63,604 bases of DNA from Clostridiaceae bacterium (GTDB lineage Bacteria > Bacillota > Clostridia > Saccharofermentanales > Fastidiosipilaceae), in assembly GCA_012520525.1 (NCBI GenBank), contig JAAYOA010000032.1, positions 1-63,604 of the forward strand, read 5' to 3'. Positions 1 to 10,136 of the stretch are shown one piece after another; position 1 is the stretch's first letter; the number at the start of each line of letters is the position of its first letter. The translations under genes and the position numbers were made by a program. The notes beneath the pieces were generated by a model. The model searched no databases. It saw only the letters and a list, made by a program, of their open reading frames with translations, and was not told the DNA's origin.

Positions 1-903
1 CAATGAGATAAACCAATGTGGCAAGGGGCTGCGCAGGTCCATTTCGACATTTGTCATGGGGTGGTTGAAACATAAGCGACCAGCATGGAGAGCTTGCCCA
101 GATAATCCACAGGCAGGTCTTTTGGCGGCGTAGAGTGGATCTCCTACGACAGGATGACCAATATATTGAAAGTGTACCCTTATTTGATGGGTTCGTCCTG
201 TCTCTAAATTTGCCTTTACCAAAGTAAATTTTTTGTAACGCTTGATCACTTGAAAATGGGTAATGGCTGATTTTCCAGAAGCAACGACGGCCATACGCTG
301 TCGGTTGTTAGGATCACGACCTAGGGGTGCTATAATGCTGCCAGTCGTCTCGCTGATCGTGCCATAGACGAGGGCATAATATGTTCGATCAACGTCATGA
401 CGGGCAATCAATTGAGCCATGCGGCGGTGCACTTCGTTAGTCTTCATAACTAACAACAGTCCCGAAGTGTCTTTATCTATTCGATGAACGATCCCGGGGC
501 GAAACCTTTCATTGACATCAGACAGTTCGTCGCTGCCGAGATAATGGAGCAAGGCATGAACTAAGGTGCCTTGGCGATGTCCGGGAGCTGGATGGACGAC
601 CATACCCTGAGGCTTGTTGACAACCAGCAGCCATTCATCTTCGTAAACTATATCAAGGGGAATATCCTCACCGACTAACTTATTCACCGTCGGTTGGGGA
701 CGCAAAATAACAACGCTCATCCCCATTTTTGTTTTTAGGGATGGGCGGACGGGTTTGCCCTTTACAAGCACACGCTTTTCATCAAACCAACGCCGCACTT
801 CACTGCGGGAAACATCATTAATAATTTGACTCAGCGCAACGTCAAGTCGGACGCCTTCCCGGTCTATGACTAACTGCTGCATCTGTTCTCCCGTAACTTC
901 CAT
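1..903 (-). CDS. rluD: RluA-family 23S rRNA pseudouridine synthase (RluD-like); C-terminus cut by window edge
   Basis: Not on the ORF track because it runs off the window. My own translation from ATG 903-901 gives MEVTGEQMQQLVIDREGVRLDVALS (S4-like N-terminus), the catalytic motif RPGIVHRIDKDTSGLLLV, and GRTHQIRVH. The frame stays open for 301 codons down to base 1. The start lies 1 nt after the lspA stop, the classic lspA-rluD pairing. Confidence 0.85.
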   Translation of the reverse strand, partial: MEVTGEQMQQLVIDREGVRLDVALSQIINDVSRSEVRRWFDEKRVLVKGKPVRPSLKTKMGMSVVILRPQPTVNKLVGEDIPLDIVYEDEWLLVVNKPQGMVVHPAPGHRQGTLVHALLHYLGSDELSDVNERFRPGIVHRIDKDTSGLLLVMKTNEVHRRMAQLIARHDVDRTYYALVYGTISETTGSIIAPLGRDPNNRQRMAVVASGKSAITHFQVIKRYKKFTLVKANLETGRTHQIRVHFQYIGHPVVGDPLYAAKRPACGLSGQALHAGRLCFNHPMTNVEMDLRSPLPHWFISL

Positions 904-904
904 G

Positions 905-1393
905 TTATATTTCCTCAAAAGCATGCCTGCTGTCTGTAAAAATGATAAAGATTAATCCTAAAATCAGTCCTATAACGAGCAACGTATCAGCTACATTAAA
1001 AATCGGAAAAAAGTAATCTCCGAATTGGAAAGAGATAAAATCTACGACCCCACCCCGCCAAACTCGATCAATCAGATTGCCTATGCTCCCGGCTAGTACA
1101 AGGGACAGACAAAAGCGCAACCGAGCATCTTTTAATTTTAATAAAATCAGCAAGAATGCAATGCTGGCAATCAGAGAAACGCCACTCAAAACATAAATGC
1201 CCCAACTTTTATCTGCTAAAAAGCTCCACGCTGCACCGGTATTGACGTGATAACGGAAATAAATTAAAGGATCGATGACAGCCATATCACCCCGCACTGC
1301 TAATTCACTAACAGCCCAATATTTCGTCCATTGGTCGAGGCCTACACCTAAAATAACAATTAAAATCCAAATCATAATGCTATTCGCTCTCAT
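905..1393 (-). CDS. lspA: lipoprotein signal peptidase (signal peptidase II)
   Basis: 162 aa with 4 predicted TM helices. Conserved SPase II motifs NTGAAWSF and FNVAD are present. Sits directly upstream of rluD. Confidence 0.9.
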   Translation of the reverse strand: MRANSIMIWILIVILGVGLDQWTKYWAVSELAVRGDMAVIDPLIYFRYHVNTGAAWSFLADKSWGIYVLSGVSLIASIAFLLILLKLKDARLRFCLSLVLAGSIGNLIDRVWRGGVVDFISFQFGDYFFPIFNVADTLLVIGLILGLIFIIFTDSRHAFEEI

Positions 1394-2351
1394 TTTTCAG
1401 TTGATTGACGTCCACTCGCGGTGGAATATCCTGATCCCTCAAGGTGAGCGGCTTTAAAGCCAAGGTTTTACCCGTATCCACATCGCAGCGCAAAATGACG
1501 GCATTGAGTATTGCCGGTCCTTTGGCTAATTGGTAGCGGGAAGGCAGGCGACGCGTAAAGCGTCGCAAAGCAGACTCCGCATCCATGCCGATGACACCAA
1601 ATTCAGGTCCAGCCATGCCCACATCAGTCATAAATCCTGTACCGTCCGGCAAAACCCTAGCATCCATTGTAGGAACATGTGTATGGGTGCCCAAAACTGC
1701 TGTGACCCGCCCATCCCAAGCAAGACCAAAGGCTATTTTCTCCGCCGTTGCTTCGCCATGAAAATCTACCACGATGTACTTGATATTTAACTCGTCTTTG
1801 AGATAGGGTATTAAAACATCTGCCTCATCAAAGGGAGATGTGCTAGGAGACATAAATGTACCGCCAAGCAAATTCACAAGGGCAACTAGTCCCACCGCTG
1901 TCTCAAAAATTGCAAATCCCCGTCCAGGCCAGGTTTTATGGCCGTTGGCCGGTCGGACCATACGCAGATCTTCTTGAATAGTTTCCAATAACTCCCACTT
2001 TCCCCAGGCGTGATTGCCTAAAGAAATGCCGTCAACCCCCGAGTTGTAGAGTTTTTCAGCAACAGCCTTGTTAATACCTAAACCACCCGCGGCATTTTCA
2101 CCATTAGCAAAACACAGGTCAAGTTGATACTCTTGGCGTAAAAATGGCACAGCTCGAGTCGTCAATTTGACACCTGACGCACCGACGATGTCACCGATGA
2201 AACCAATATTTAAGGTTCTGGATGACCTCTCTTTAACCGCCGTTTCCTGTGGTTCTACTCCCCTGTCTGGCTCTCTCTCAATTGCTATATCATTTACCTC
2301 CGACACCTCCGGCTGGACGGACAATCGTTCCACTGTTAAGTTATGGTTCAT
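1380..2351 (-). CDS. ymdB: YmdB-like metallophosphoesterase (2',3'-cyclic-nucleotide phosphodiesterase family) with a roughly 45-aa acidic N-terminal extension
   Basis: LNIGFIGDIVG...ANGENAAGG...GNHAW...DFHGEATAEK...GTHTHV match calcineurin-like YmdB motifs. The canonical N-terminus (MxILFIGD) begins about residue 47, so the true start is uncertain. Confidence 0.8.
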   Translation of the reverse strand: MNHNLTVERLSVQPEVSEVNDIAIEREPDRGVEPQETAVKERSSRTLNIGFIGDIVGASGVKLTTRAVPFLRQEYQLDLCFANGENAAGGLGINKAVAEKLYNSGVDGISLGNHAWGKWELLETIQEDLRMVRPANGHKTWPGRGFAIFETAVGLVALVNLLGGTFMSPSTSPFDEADVLIPYLKDELNIKYIVVDFHGEATAEKIAFGLAWDGRVTAVLGTHTHVPTMDARVLPDGTGFMTDVGMAGPEFGVIGMDAESALRRFTRRLPSRYQLAKGPAILNAVILRCDVDTGKTLALKPLTLRDQDIPPRVDVNQLKNESE

Positions 2352-2496
2352 TCAAACTCCCACATCCAAGACAAGCGATAATTTATAAGATTCGACCCTT
2401 TGCCTTTACATTTTATATGTAGTTAATTCTAACACATTGACCTTCTGCCTTGAGGGCGTTTCTTGCAAAAGTACCTTTCCCTCAGGCAACTGTCCA

Positions 2497-2537
2497 TCAA
2501 ATAAAATGGAAGCGGAATTACAGATCGCAATTCCGCC
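2497..2537 (-). terminator. putative rho-independent terminator downstream of htrA
   Basis: 8-bp stem GCGGAATT (2512-2519) pairs with AATTCCGC (2529-2536). On the minus strand it is followed by TTCCATTTTATTT. Confidence 0.5.
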
Positions 2538-2652
2538 TCAATTAGATTACAAGTGAAACTTTTTTATAATAGCTGTCAATGTTCATTCTTCAAATGAAAT
2601 GAATATTTAACTGCCAGTCTATGTCTAACAAGAAGTGTTTTAACATCGATCG

Positions 2653-3828
2653 TTACTCACCAAAGCTCACCGTCAAATCGATCTCTTCTCCTCCACGATA
2701 AATTGTAAGATCCATCGTGTCGCCCGTCGACAGTCGATTTTTTAGAGATTGAAGCTCGCGCATCCGAGTAATGGACTGACCATCTATACCAGTGATAACA
2801 TCTTGAGCTTGGACGCCAGCTTGATCCGCCGGACTCCCTGGTTCCACAGCTTGAACGTAAACACCAGCCGGCAAATCATAGGACATCTGCATATTAAAAG
2901 TAACATCAAATGCCATAATACCGAGTTGAGGTGCCTGAACTTCACCTTTAGAAATTAACTGTTCCACTAAAGGCATGACGGTATCCGTAGGAATGGCAAA
3001 GGCAATGCCTTCCACATTCATGCCGCCTGCCTTGCTAGAATTAATGCCGATCAATTGACCTTGATCATTCAATAATGCACCTCCAGAATTGCCCTGATTG
3101 ATCGCTGCATCGGTCTGCAACAGACCATACATGACCCCATCCTGGGACTGCACATTGCGATTGGTCGCACTAAGCACACCGGCTGTCACAGTGCCCTCTA
3201 AAACACCAAGGGGATTGCCGATGGCTACAACCGTACTACCCACCCTTGTATCTGACGAAGAAGCCACTTCGATCGCCGGCAGGTCTTTACCATCAATTTT
3301 AATCACCGCAATATCGTTGCTTGGATCTGTACCAATCAACTCAGCATCTAGCGATTCACCTGTTGCTAGTGTTACTTGAATTGTTTGGGCATTGCCAACG
3401 ACATGGTCATTAGTAACAATATAACCATCCGCAGAGATAATCACACCAGAACCGGCAAAGGGTTGTGTGCCAACGCGACCATAAAAATCTTGAACCAGTT
3501 CCTCCGTATTGATCGCTACCACCGACGGCGCCGCCAATTCAGCGATATCGGCTACCGACATAGATTCCCGATCTACTGGTGGTTTAATCTGAAGTCCTTT
3601 GTTGGAATCTGTCGCTTCATCCTTTTGGGAAGACATGGCAGCGTCATGTTGAGTGTCCTCTTTATATTCATCGACCGCTGCTGCAGAAGGGCGATCTTCA
3701 AATCTCTTTGGTTCCCTTATGAGATCCGCACAAGCGCCCAACATTCCACCAACAACAAGACAAAGTACCACAGCGAAGACCATGTATGGGCGGCGCGGAC
3801 GCTGGGACTGTTGAGTATAATCATTCAT
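2653..3828 (-). CDS. htrA: HtrA/DegP-family serine protease with N-terminal membrane anchor and C-terminal PDZ domain
   Basis: Trypsin-like triad context TNDHVV, NDIAVIK and GNSGGALLN. One TM segment near the N-terminus. PDZ-like C-terminus (GVYVQAVEPGSPADQAGVQAQDVITGIDG). Confidence 0.9.
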   Translation of the reverse strand: MNDYTQQSQRPRRPYMVFAVVLCLVVGGMLGACADLIREPKRFEDRPSAAAVDEYKEDTQHDAAMSSQKDEATDSNKGLQIKPPVDRESMSVADIAELAAPSVVAINTEELVQDFYGRVGTQPFAGSGVIISADGYIVTNDHVVGNAQTIQVTLATGESLDAELIGTDPSNDIAVIKIDGKDLPAIEVASSSDTRVGSTVVAIGNPLGVLEGTVTAGVLSATNRNVQSQDGVMYGLLQTDAAINQGNSGGALLNDQGQLIGINSSKAGGMNVEGIAFAIPTDTVMPLVEQLISKGEVQAPQLGIMAFDVTFNMQMSYDLPAGVYVQAVEPGSPADQAGVQAQDVITGIDGQSITRMRELQSLKNRLSTGDTMDLTIYRGGEEIDLTVSFGE

Positions 3829-3967
3829 AAAAAATCCTTTCCCACGCTCACTACGAAAGCAGTAAAACGAATAAAATAATAGATCGAACTCATGGAAAAA
3901 ATATAGAATATTTTTTCTGAAAAACTACGTCATTATTGATAAATTTCTGTAAAGTTACAACGGTAAA

Positions 3968-5359
3968 TTAAAGATCCCGGCGCAAACGTTTCCAGTTTTG
4001 TGGGTAAGGAGGGTAGCGTCGGCTACTTTGAGGTCGAGTTTTAGCTATAGTTGTCACTCTAGGATAAGTAAATAACTCGAAGCCTGCTCTGCCACGATAA
4101 GATCCATATCCACTCATCCCGATGCCCCCCACAGGAAATTGAGGGAACATCCCATTCATAACTGTATCATTGATACAACAGCTGCCGTAGCGACCATAAT
4201 TCTTAATTAAATTAATTTCATAATTATCTTGACTAAAAAGGTAAAAACAGAGGGGACTAGGAAGCTGATTTAGGCGTTGCAACGTCTGGGAAAAATCCCG
4301 ATAACTGAGTACAGGCAGAACGGGACCAAAAATCTCCTCGCGCATCACGGGACTCGTCCAAGACACGCGGTCAATGATCGTAGGCTCAACCTGAAGCGTC
4401 TCTTCATTCGCTCGACCTCCCCACATGATGCGGCCACTTGTCATAAGTTTGCGCAGACGATCAAACTCCTGGCGACTGCTCACCCGCTGATACTCAGGAT
4501 TGTGTGTAGGATCCACACCATAGGTAGAACGCAAAATAGCGATCATCGCTTCAATCAAGTGCGTCTTAATGTGGTCGTGGGCAAAGACATAATCCGGCGC
4601 CCAACCGGTTTGACCCGCGTTCAACAACTTCCCCCAAATAATCTTCTGTGCCGCGTCTTGAATATCAGCCGATTCACTGACAATACAAGGATTTTTACCC
4701 CCCATCTGTAAAGCCAAGGGAATCATAAAACGGCTAGCCAGGCGCATAATATGCCGCCCAGTAGACGGTCGACCGGTAAAGAAAATAAAATCAGGCCGAG
4801 CAGCGATCATTGACTCCACATAATCATGATCATTAGCACTTACTGAAATTAATTTAGGTGAAAACACTTCACCGAGAATACGCTGAAGCAATTCTGTCAC
4901 ATGAACATTCAGTTGGGATGTTTTAATAATGACACAATTACCTGCACCCAAGGCATCGACGAGGGGCAGTAGACAATCTAGCAAAGGATTACTCCAACTA
5001 GAAATGATATAAACAACACCGTAGGGCTCCCTAATCAGCGCACCCTTATAACGGCCAAAAAGGCTTCGCTTCGTCTTCTTCGTTTCGCGATGCCATTTAT
5101 TCAGATGCTTTAAGTAATAATCAATTTCACGATAAATAGGCAGCATCTCGGTCATAAATGTCTCATATGGCGCCTTGTCCATATCAGTTTCAACAGCAGC
5201 AATGAGTTCAGCTTCATAGCGCTCCAGTAGTTGACGCAACACGCGCAGAACACGCAGCCTGGCATCCAAGGATCTTGTCTGTCCTGTATTAAAATATGCC
5301 CTAGCATTGGCAATTTCACCGGCTGCGCTTCTTTCCATACCTATCCCTTTCATTCGCAT
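3968..5359 (-). CDS. class-3-like aldehyde dehydrogenase family protein with substituted catalytic residues (probable pseudoenzyme)
   Basis: Full-length ALDH fold motifs EEIFGPVLPV, GKLLNAGQT.APDY and MGGKNPCIV. The likely real start is the ATG at 5338 (MERSAAGE..., preceded by AAGGGA). See the finding for the lost Asn/Glu/Cys. Confidence 0.8.
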   Translation of the reverse strand: MRMKGIGMERSAAGEIANARAYFNTGQTRSLDARLRVLRVLRQLLERYEAELIAAVETDMDKAPYETFMTEMLPIYREIDYYLKHLNKWHRETKKTKRSLFGRYKGALIREPYGVVYIISSWSNPLLDCLLPLVDALGAGNCVIIKTSQLNVHVTELLQRILGEVFSPKLISVSANDHDYVESMIAARPDFIFFTGRPSTGRHIMRLASRFMIPLALQMGGKNPCIVSESADIQDAAQKIIWGKLLNAGQTGWAPDYVFAHDHIKTHLIEAMIAILRSTYGVDPTHNPEYQRVSSRQEFDRLRKLMTSGRIMWGGRANEETLQVEPTIIDRVSWTSPVMREEIFGPVLPVLSYRDFSQTLQRLNQLPSPLCFYLFSQDNYEINLIKNYGRYGSCCINDTVMNGMFPQFPVGGIGMSGYGSYRGRAGFELFTYPRVTTIAKTRPQSSRRYPPYPQNWKRLRRDL

Positions 5360-5380
5360 CTGAATTTGTAAATAGTCATA

Positions 5381-5400
5381 GGGAGGGTAAATACCCTCCC
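5381..5400 (-). terminator. strong GC hairpin between pyk and the ALDH-like gene (possible pyk terminator or attenuator)
   Basis: GGGAGGGT-aaat-ACCCTCCC, a perfect 8-bp stem. The U-tract on the minus strand is weak (TATGACTATTT), and the hairpin lies only about 40 nt upstream of the ALDH start. Confidence 0.4.
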
Positions 5401-5560
5401 TGCTTGTTGTATATTCAGTATATCGTTTTACTACATCTTAGCAGTAAATAAACAAGTTAAATAAATACTACATTTTGCTTAATAAATTATAAAGAATGTA
5501 AAAACATGCAACTTGTGTAATTTGATATATTTTTAACTTTCTTAATAATTTTTGCAATTT

Positions 5561-7312
5561 TTAATTGACAATACCTCTATCAGAATCCACAGTGACGGGC
5601 ATACCATTTTTGAATATTTTACGAGCGTTCTCGCAATTGTAGACGACAGGGATATCTAATAATTTACCGACTGTCACAGCGTGGCACTCTTCGCTGTTGC
5701 TCTCGGCGATGATCGCACGGGATTGTTTGATTATATCAATCATACTATTGTCCGTATCCTGGACAACCAAAACCATATTATATGCACCCGTTCTCTTTAA
5801 TTCTTCTATATTTTCAGGTGTTACAATCAGAACATCACCGGTGACCTTGCCCCTTTCAATACCAACCCCTTGACTCAATAAACGACCTATGGTCTGGACT
5901 TTGAGGGTATTCGTCATCCCACTTACTCCTACGGGAGTACCGCCGGAAATAACAACAACATCTCCCTCTTTGACAAGCCCTGTATCTAAAGCCCTCTGCA
6001 TTCCTGTCTCAAAAAGTTCGTCTGTGGTGGTCAGTTCCGCACTAATAACTGGCATGACGCCCCATGACAAATTAAGCTGGCGCTGGCAACGTTCAGATGT
6101 CGTTGGCGCTATGATCGGACACTCCGGTCTAAAACGAGACATCATACGGGCGGTGCGACCGCCGATCGTAACGGCAACGATCGCCTTTGCCTTTACATCC
6201 ATCGCTGTGGTACAACAGGCATGGCTGACAGCGTTGGTGACCGAAGGTGCCGCCGAGGGAGCCGCCGCATGGCGTCCCGTTCGGAAGATTTCCCAATAAT
6301 CAAGGGACTCCTCCGTCGTTTCAGCAATTTCTGTCATCATTTCGAGAGCTTCGATGGGATATTTGCCGGCCGCCGTTTCACCCGACAACATGATTGCCGA
6401 TGTGCCGTCTATGATCGCATTTGCTACGTCACTGACTTCTGCCCTGGTGGGACGGGGATTGCGCATCATTGAATCCAACATCTGGGTTGCTGTAATCGAA
6501 GGTTTGCCTTTAGAATAACTCTCTTCGATCATCTTTTTCTGGACGATGGGTACATGTTGTGCTTTTAACTCCACACCTAGGTCACCTCGGGCGACCATAA
6601 TACCATCGGCAGCATCTAAAATTTCAGCAAAATTATCGACACCTTCTTGGTTCTCTATCTTTGCTATCAACTGAATAAATTCACCCTTATTTGCCTCTAA
6701 GATTTCCCGCACATGGTATACGTCGGTGGCCCGCCGAACAAAAGAAATGGCAATAAAATCAAAATCATTTTCAACTGCAAACATGATGTCGGCGATGTCT
6801 TTATCCGTCAAAGCCGGTAAATGTACTCGCACATTGGGCAAGTTGATGCTCTTGCGATCAGATACAGTACCACCGTTGACGACATGACAGCGGATGTCAG
6901 TGGACGTTTTATCGATCACTCGCAGTTCGATCAAACCAACGTCAATCAAAATGAGATTGCCCGGTTCCAAATCTTCAGCAAGGGATTTATAGGAAACACT
7001 AAACTCCTTCTCGTTACCTAAAATATCTTCTGAGCGAATCCAAATTTCACTGTCGGGAATAAGCTCACAAGATCCCCCTTCAAATCTGCCGGTGCGAATT
7101 TCCGGTCCCTTTGTGTCCATGAGGATGGCTACTGGTATATCCAGCTCTGCTCGCAATTTCTTAATCCGGTTCACACGCTCCAGCTGTTCCTCGTGAGTTC
7201 CGTGGGAAAAATTAAGCCTCGCAACATCCATTCCTTTTTTAATCATTTGACGTAAAATAGTTTCGTCATCTGTTGCCGGCCCTATGGTACACACAATTTT
7301 TGTTTTACGCAT
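5561..7312 (-). CDS. pyk: pyruvate kinase with C-terminal PEP-utiliser mobile-domain extension (Bacillus/Geobacillus type)
   Basis: MRKTKIVCTIGPA..., MVARGDLGVE and the ATQMLDSM motifs. 583 aa, with an extra roughly 100-aa C-terminal swivel-like domain. Confidence 0.95.
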   Translation of the reverse strand: MRKTKIVCTIGPATDDETILRQMIKKGMDVARLNFSHGTHEEQLERVNRIKKLRAELDIPVAILMDTKGPEIRTGRFEGGSCELIPDSEIWIRSEDILGNEKEFSVSYKSLAEDLEPGNLILIDVGLIELRVIDKTSTDIRCHVVNGGTVSDRKSINLPNVRVHLPALTDKDIADIMFAVENDFDFIAISFVRRATDVYHVREILEANKGEFIQLIAKIENQEGVDNFAEILDAADGIMVARGDLGVELKAQHVPIVQKKMIEESYSKGKPSITATQMLDSMMRNPRPTRAEVSDVANAIIDGTSAIMLSGETAAGKYPIEALEMMTEIAETTEESLDYWEIFRTGRHAAAPSAAPSVTNAVSHACCTTAMDVKAKAIVAVTIGGRTARMMSRFRPECPIIAPTTSERCQRQLNLSWGVMPVISAELTTTDELFETGMQRALDTGLVKEGDVVVISGGTPVGVSGMTNTLKVQTIGRLLSQGVGIERGKVTGDVLIVTPENIEELKRTGAYNMVLVVQDTDNSMIDIIKQSRAIIAESNSEECHAVTVGKLLDIPVVYNCENARKIFKNGMPVTVDSDRGIVN

Positions 7313-7427
7313 ATTTCACCTGTTCCTTCTTAATCGTGTCTCCTAGCTTAGCACCTTCGCTGGTATTGGCTATATCAGAGTCTTGTCTTGAAATGTGATC
7401 TTCGTACATTGCCATCAAATCTGAACT

Positions 7428-8120
7428 TCAAGTCTTTTGATCTGAAGCCATCGAGTTTCCTTGCGTCGGTTCGGTCGGGTTAAACATTTTAAAGGGATGT
7501 TTCGTTCGATATGTCCGCCTCCATCGGACTGTGCTGCGCAGAAAAATGATATCGATGCCGCGTTGCAAAAATTTAATTATTTTCATCAACACAGGCGGCA
7601 AAAATACTATGACAATAACAACAACGCCGATCGCGACTAAAGCAGCAAATAAAAGAAGAATCACTGTGGTTACCAAGCCACTTGCGCTACTACTCAAGCC
7701 ACTGTTATCAAAAAATATTTCAGCAAATCGATTCAAGGATTGCATCGCTGCTTCTTGAAGATTGTCATCTTTCGGTAAAATTAATTTAGGAACTATGAGG
7801 CTATAAAGAAACATAAAAACACTTATATATTTGACTAATTGAAAGAGCAAAATAGTCGCCCGCAAAGGAAATTCTTGGTCATAATAAAGAAAATTTAATA
7901 AAGGAGAAACGATCATAAAAACAATCAAAATCACTAACCAAAGAATGGGCATTGCCACTACAGATGCTAAGTCCCCCCTGTTTGCTTTAATCGTTAAATG
8001 CACACCAACTACCCAAAAAAGCAAACTAAAAATAAGCGTAACACCTCGATGCCGCTCGTTTTCATAGTCCGAATCGCACCAGAGTGAGCCTAAAAGTGCA
8101 CCTTCCAAAAAATCCATCAA
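7428..8120 (-). CDS. hypothetical polytopic membrane protein
   Basis: 230-aa ORF with about 5 hydrophobic helices. I recognise no motif. Confidence 0.5.
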   Translation of the reverse strand: MMDFLEGALLGSLWCDSDYENERHRGVTLIFSLLFWVVGVHLTIKANRGDLASVVAMPILWLVILIVFMIVSPLLNFLYYDQEFPLRATILLFQLVKYISVFMFLYSLIVPKLILPKDDNLQEAAMQSLNRFAEIFFDNSGLSSSASGLVTTVILLLFAALVAIGVVVIVIVFLPPVLMKIIKFLQRGIDIIFLRSTVRWRRTYRTKHPFKMFNPTEPTQGNSMASDQKT

Positions 8121-8243
8121 CTTCTCCTCCTCATAGCCGCTAACGCTTGTATTCTATCAAAAAATAGACCTCTTGAGTATGTTAAACTGCATACAGATTG
8201 TGCTCTTGTTTTTCTATTTTTAACTACATTACAAAGGATTACT

Positions 8244-8972
8244 ATGAGACTGGATAAATTATTAGCAAACGCTGGACTGGGTTCCCGCAAAGATGTGCGT
8301 AAACTAATACGCAAAGGTGCAATTAGCGTGAACGGTGACCGCCTCAATGATCCCGCTGCTCACATTGCCACAGAGGATTTTCAAACAATAACAATTAACG
8401 GTCGTCCTTTGACGTTGCAGCACACTGTCCACCTAATTTTATATAAACCCGCCGGTTATATAACCGCCACAAAAGACAGCTCTCTACCCCACGTGCTCCA
8501 ACTGATCGAAGACGACTGGATGTATGCCGACTTATTCCCCGTAGGAAGGTTGGATCGGGACACAACTGGATTATTATTGTTGACAAACGACGGTCAACTG
8601 GGTCATCGTCTCACGTCTCCTAAATGGGATGTAGCAAAAGAATATTTAGTCGTCACCCAAGGCAAACCATTCAACACAGAAGATGTAGCTACCTTCGCCG
8701 CCGGTATTAAACTGGACGATGGACTCTGCAAACCAGCTTTGCTTAAACCTCAGGGGGACCACGCTGCGCGCTTGACGATCACCGAAGGAAAATATCATCA
8801 AGTCAAACGCATGATGTCTGCTACAGGCAGAGAAGTCGTCAACTTAACCCGCACTCGCTTTGGCCCCTTAGATTTAACCGGTTTGCCCGAACCCGGCTAC
8901 TATAGACTATTGGATCATTCCGAAGTTATTCCATTGTATAACCTGGTCCAACTAGATCCACCTGAGATATAA
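8244..8972 (+). CDS. rsuA: RsuA/RluB-family rRNA pseudouridine synthase with S4 domain
   Basis: MRLDKLLANAGLGSRKDVRKLI (S4 domain), catalytic GRLDRDTTGLLLLTNDG, and GKYHQVKRM. Confidence 0.85.
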   Translation: MRLDKLLANAGLGSRKDVRKLIRKGAISVNGDRLNDPAAHIATEDFQTITINGRPLTLQHTVHLILYKPAGYITATKDSSLPHVLQLIEDDWMYADLFPVGRLDRDTTGLLLLTNDGQLGHRLTSPKWDVAKEYLVVTQGKPFNTEDVATFAAGIKLDDGLCKPALLKPQGDHAARLTITEGKYHQVKRMMSATGREVVNLTRTRFGPLDLTGLPEPGYYRLLDHSEVIPLYNLVQLDPPEI

Positions 8973-9073
8973 TCCGACTTCAAAACCTCAATATACAAAA
9001 CAACATCCATCTAGTGAAATTTCTCGCTTATTGAAAATCGAATTTTGTTTAATACCATATTGGAGGTGCACAC

Positions 9074-10060
9074 TTGGCTTCCGGCAGTAATCAAAAACTA
9101 AAATTACTCTATCTGACAAAAATGTTTCACGAAAAGACCGACGAAAACAACGGTCTAACCATGGCTGAAATCATCGCTTTTCTCGCCAAACATGACATTC
9201 GTGCCAACCGCAAAACCCTCTACCAAGATTTCGCAGAGCTAAAAAAATTTGACATTGACATTTTGAGCGAGCGCCAGGGTAAAAGGGTGGTCTACTTCCT
9301 AGCCTCCCGCAAATTTGAACTGCCAGAAATGAAACTATTGGTGGACTCCGTCCAATCGGCAAAATTTATCAGCGATAAAAAATCCCGCATCCTAATCAAA
9401 AAACTAGAGAGTCTTGTCAGCGACTACGAAGCCAGCGAACTACACCGCCAAGTGATCATCAACGGTAGAATAAAAACCATGAACGAAAGTATCTATTACC
9501 ACGTGGATAAAATTCATCGAGCCATCCACACCAATCGCCAGGTTGACTTCCGCTACGGAAATTGGGACATCAACAAAAAGATTGTTCCTCGCCACGGTGG
9601 AAAAATATATCACATCAGTCCCTGGCATTTGATCTGGGACAACGAATACTATTACCTCTTAGGCTATGACAGCGAAGTACAGTTGATCAAACATTTCCGC
9701 CTTGACAAGATGTTGGAGCTAAAGATTTCTAAAAAACCGCGAGAAGGTGCACATGAAATTGAAGACCTCGATATTGCCACTTATTCTAACCGCCTTACCG
9801 GTATGTTCGCAGGTCCTCCCGTCAAGCTTTCAATGGAAGTAAAAACTGATCTCATCGGAGTGATCATTGATCGCTTCGGCAGCAATATAAATTTAATCCC
9901 CAAGGACGACGAGTATTGTATTGCACACGTGGACGCAGTCATTAGCAACCAATTCTTGGGCTGGATCATTGGGTTAGGTCCCGGCATTAAAATAATAGCA
10001 CCCGCTGATGCAGTTCAACGACTCAAAGAGATCGGCCAGCGGTTACTTGAACAATATTGA
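9074..10060 (+). CDS. HTH + WYL domain transcriptional regulator (YafY/DriD/PafBC-like architecture)
   Basis: TTG start 7 nt after GGAGG. Winged-helix N-terminus (LTMAEIIAFLAKHDIRANRKTLYQDF). Central WYL-type core (ISPWHLIWDNEYYYLLGYD). C-terminal WCX-like domain. Confidence 0.8.
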   Translation: MASGSNQKLKLLYLTKMFHEKTDENNGLTMAEIIAFLAKHDIRANRKTLYQDFAELKKFDIDILSERQGKRVVYFLASRKFELPEMKLLVDSVQSAKFISDKKSRILIKKLESLVSDYEASELHRQVIINGRIKTMNESIYYHVDKIHRAIHTNRQVDFRYGNWDINKKIVPRHGGKIYHISPWHLIWDNEYYYLLGYDSEVQLIKHFRLDKMLELKISKKPREGAHEIEDLDIATYSNRLTGMFAGPPVKLSMEVKTDLIGVIIDRFGSNINLIPKDDEYCIAHVDAVISNQFLGWIIGLGPGIKIIAPADAVQRLKEIGQRLLEQY

Positions 10061-10136
10061 GAGATGAGCGATCGGTGAAATCTGTTTCACTTACACCGAC
10101 CTTCCCTTAAGAAATACCAGTAAAAGGGGAACTTAG

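Noticed and set aside
8117-8347. 76-aa minus-strand ORF overlapping the rsuA start
   Set aside because: It has no RBS and an Arg/Ser-rich antisense-type composition, and it overlaps a well-supported gene and its promoter region.
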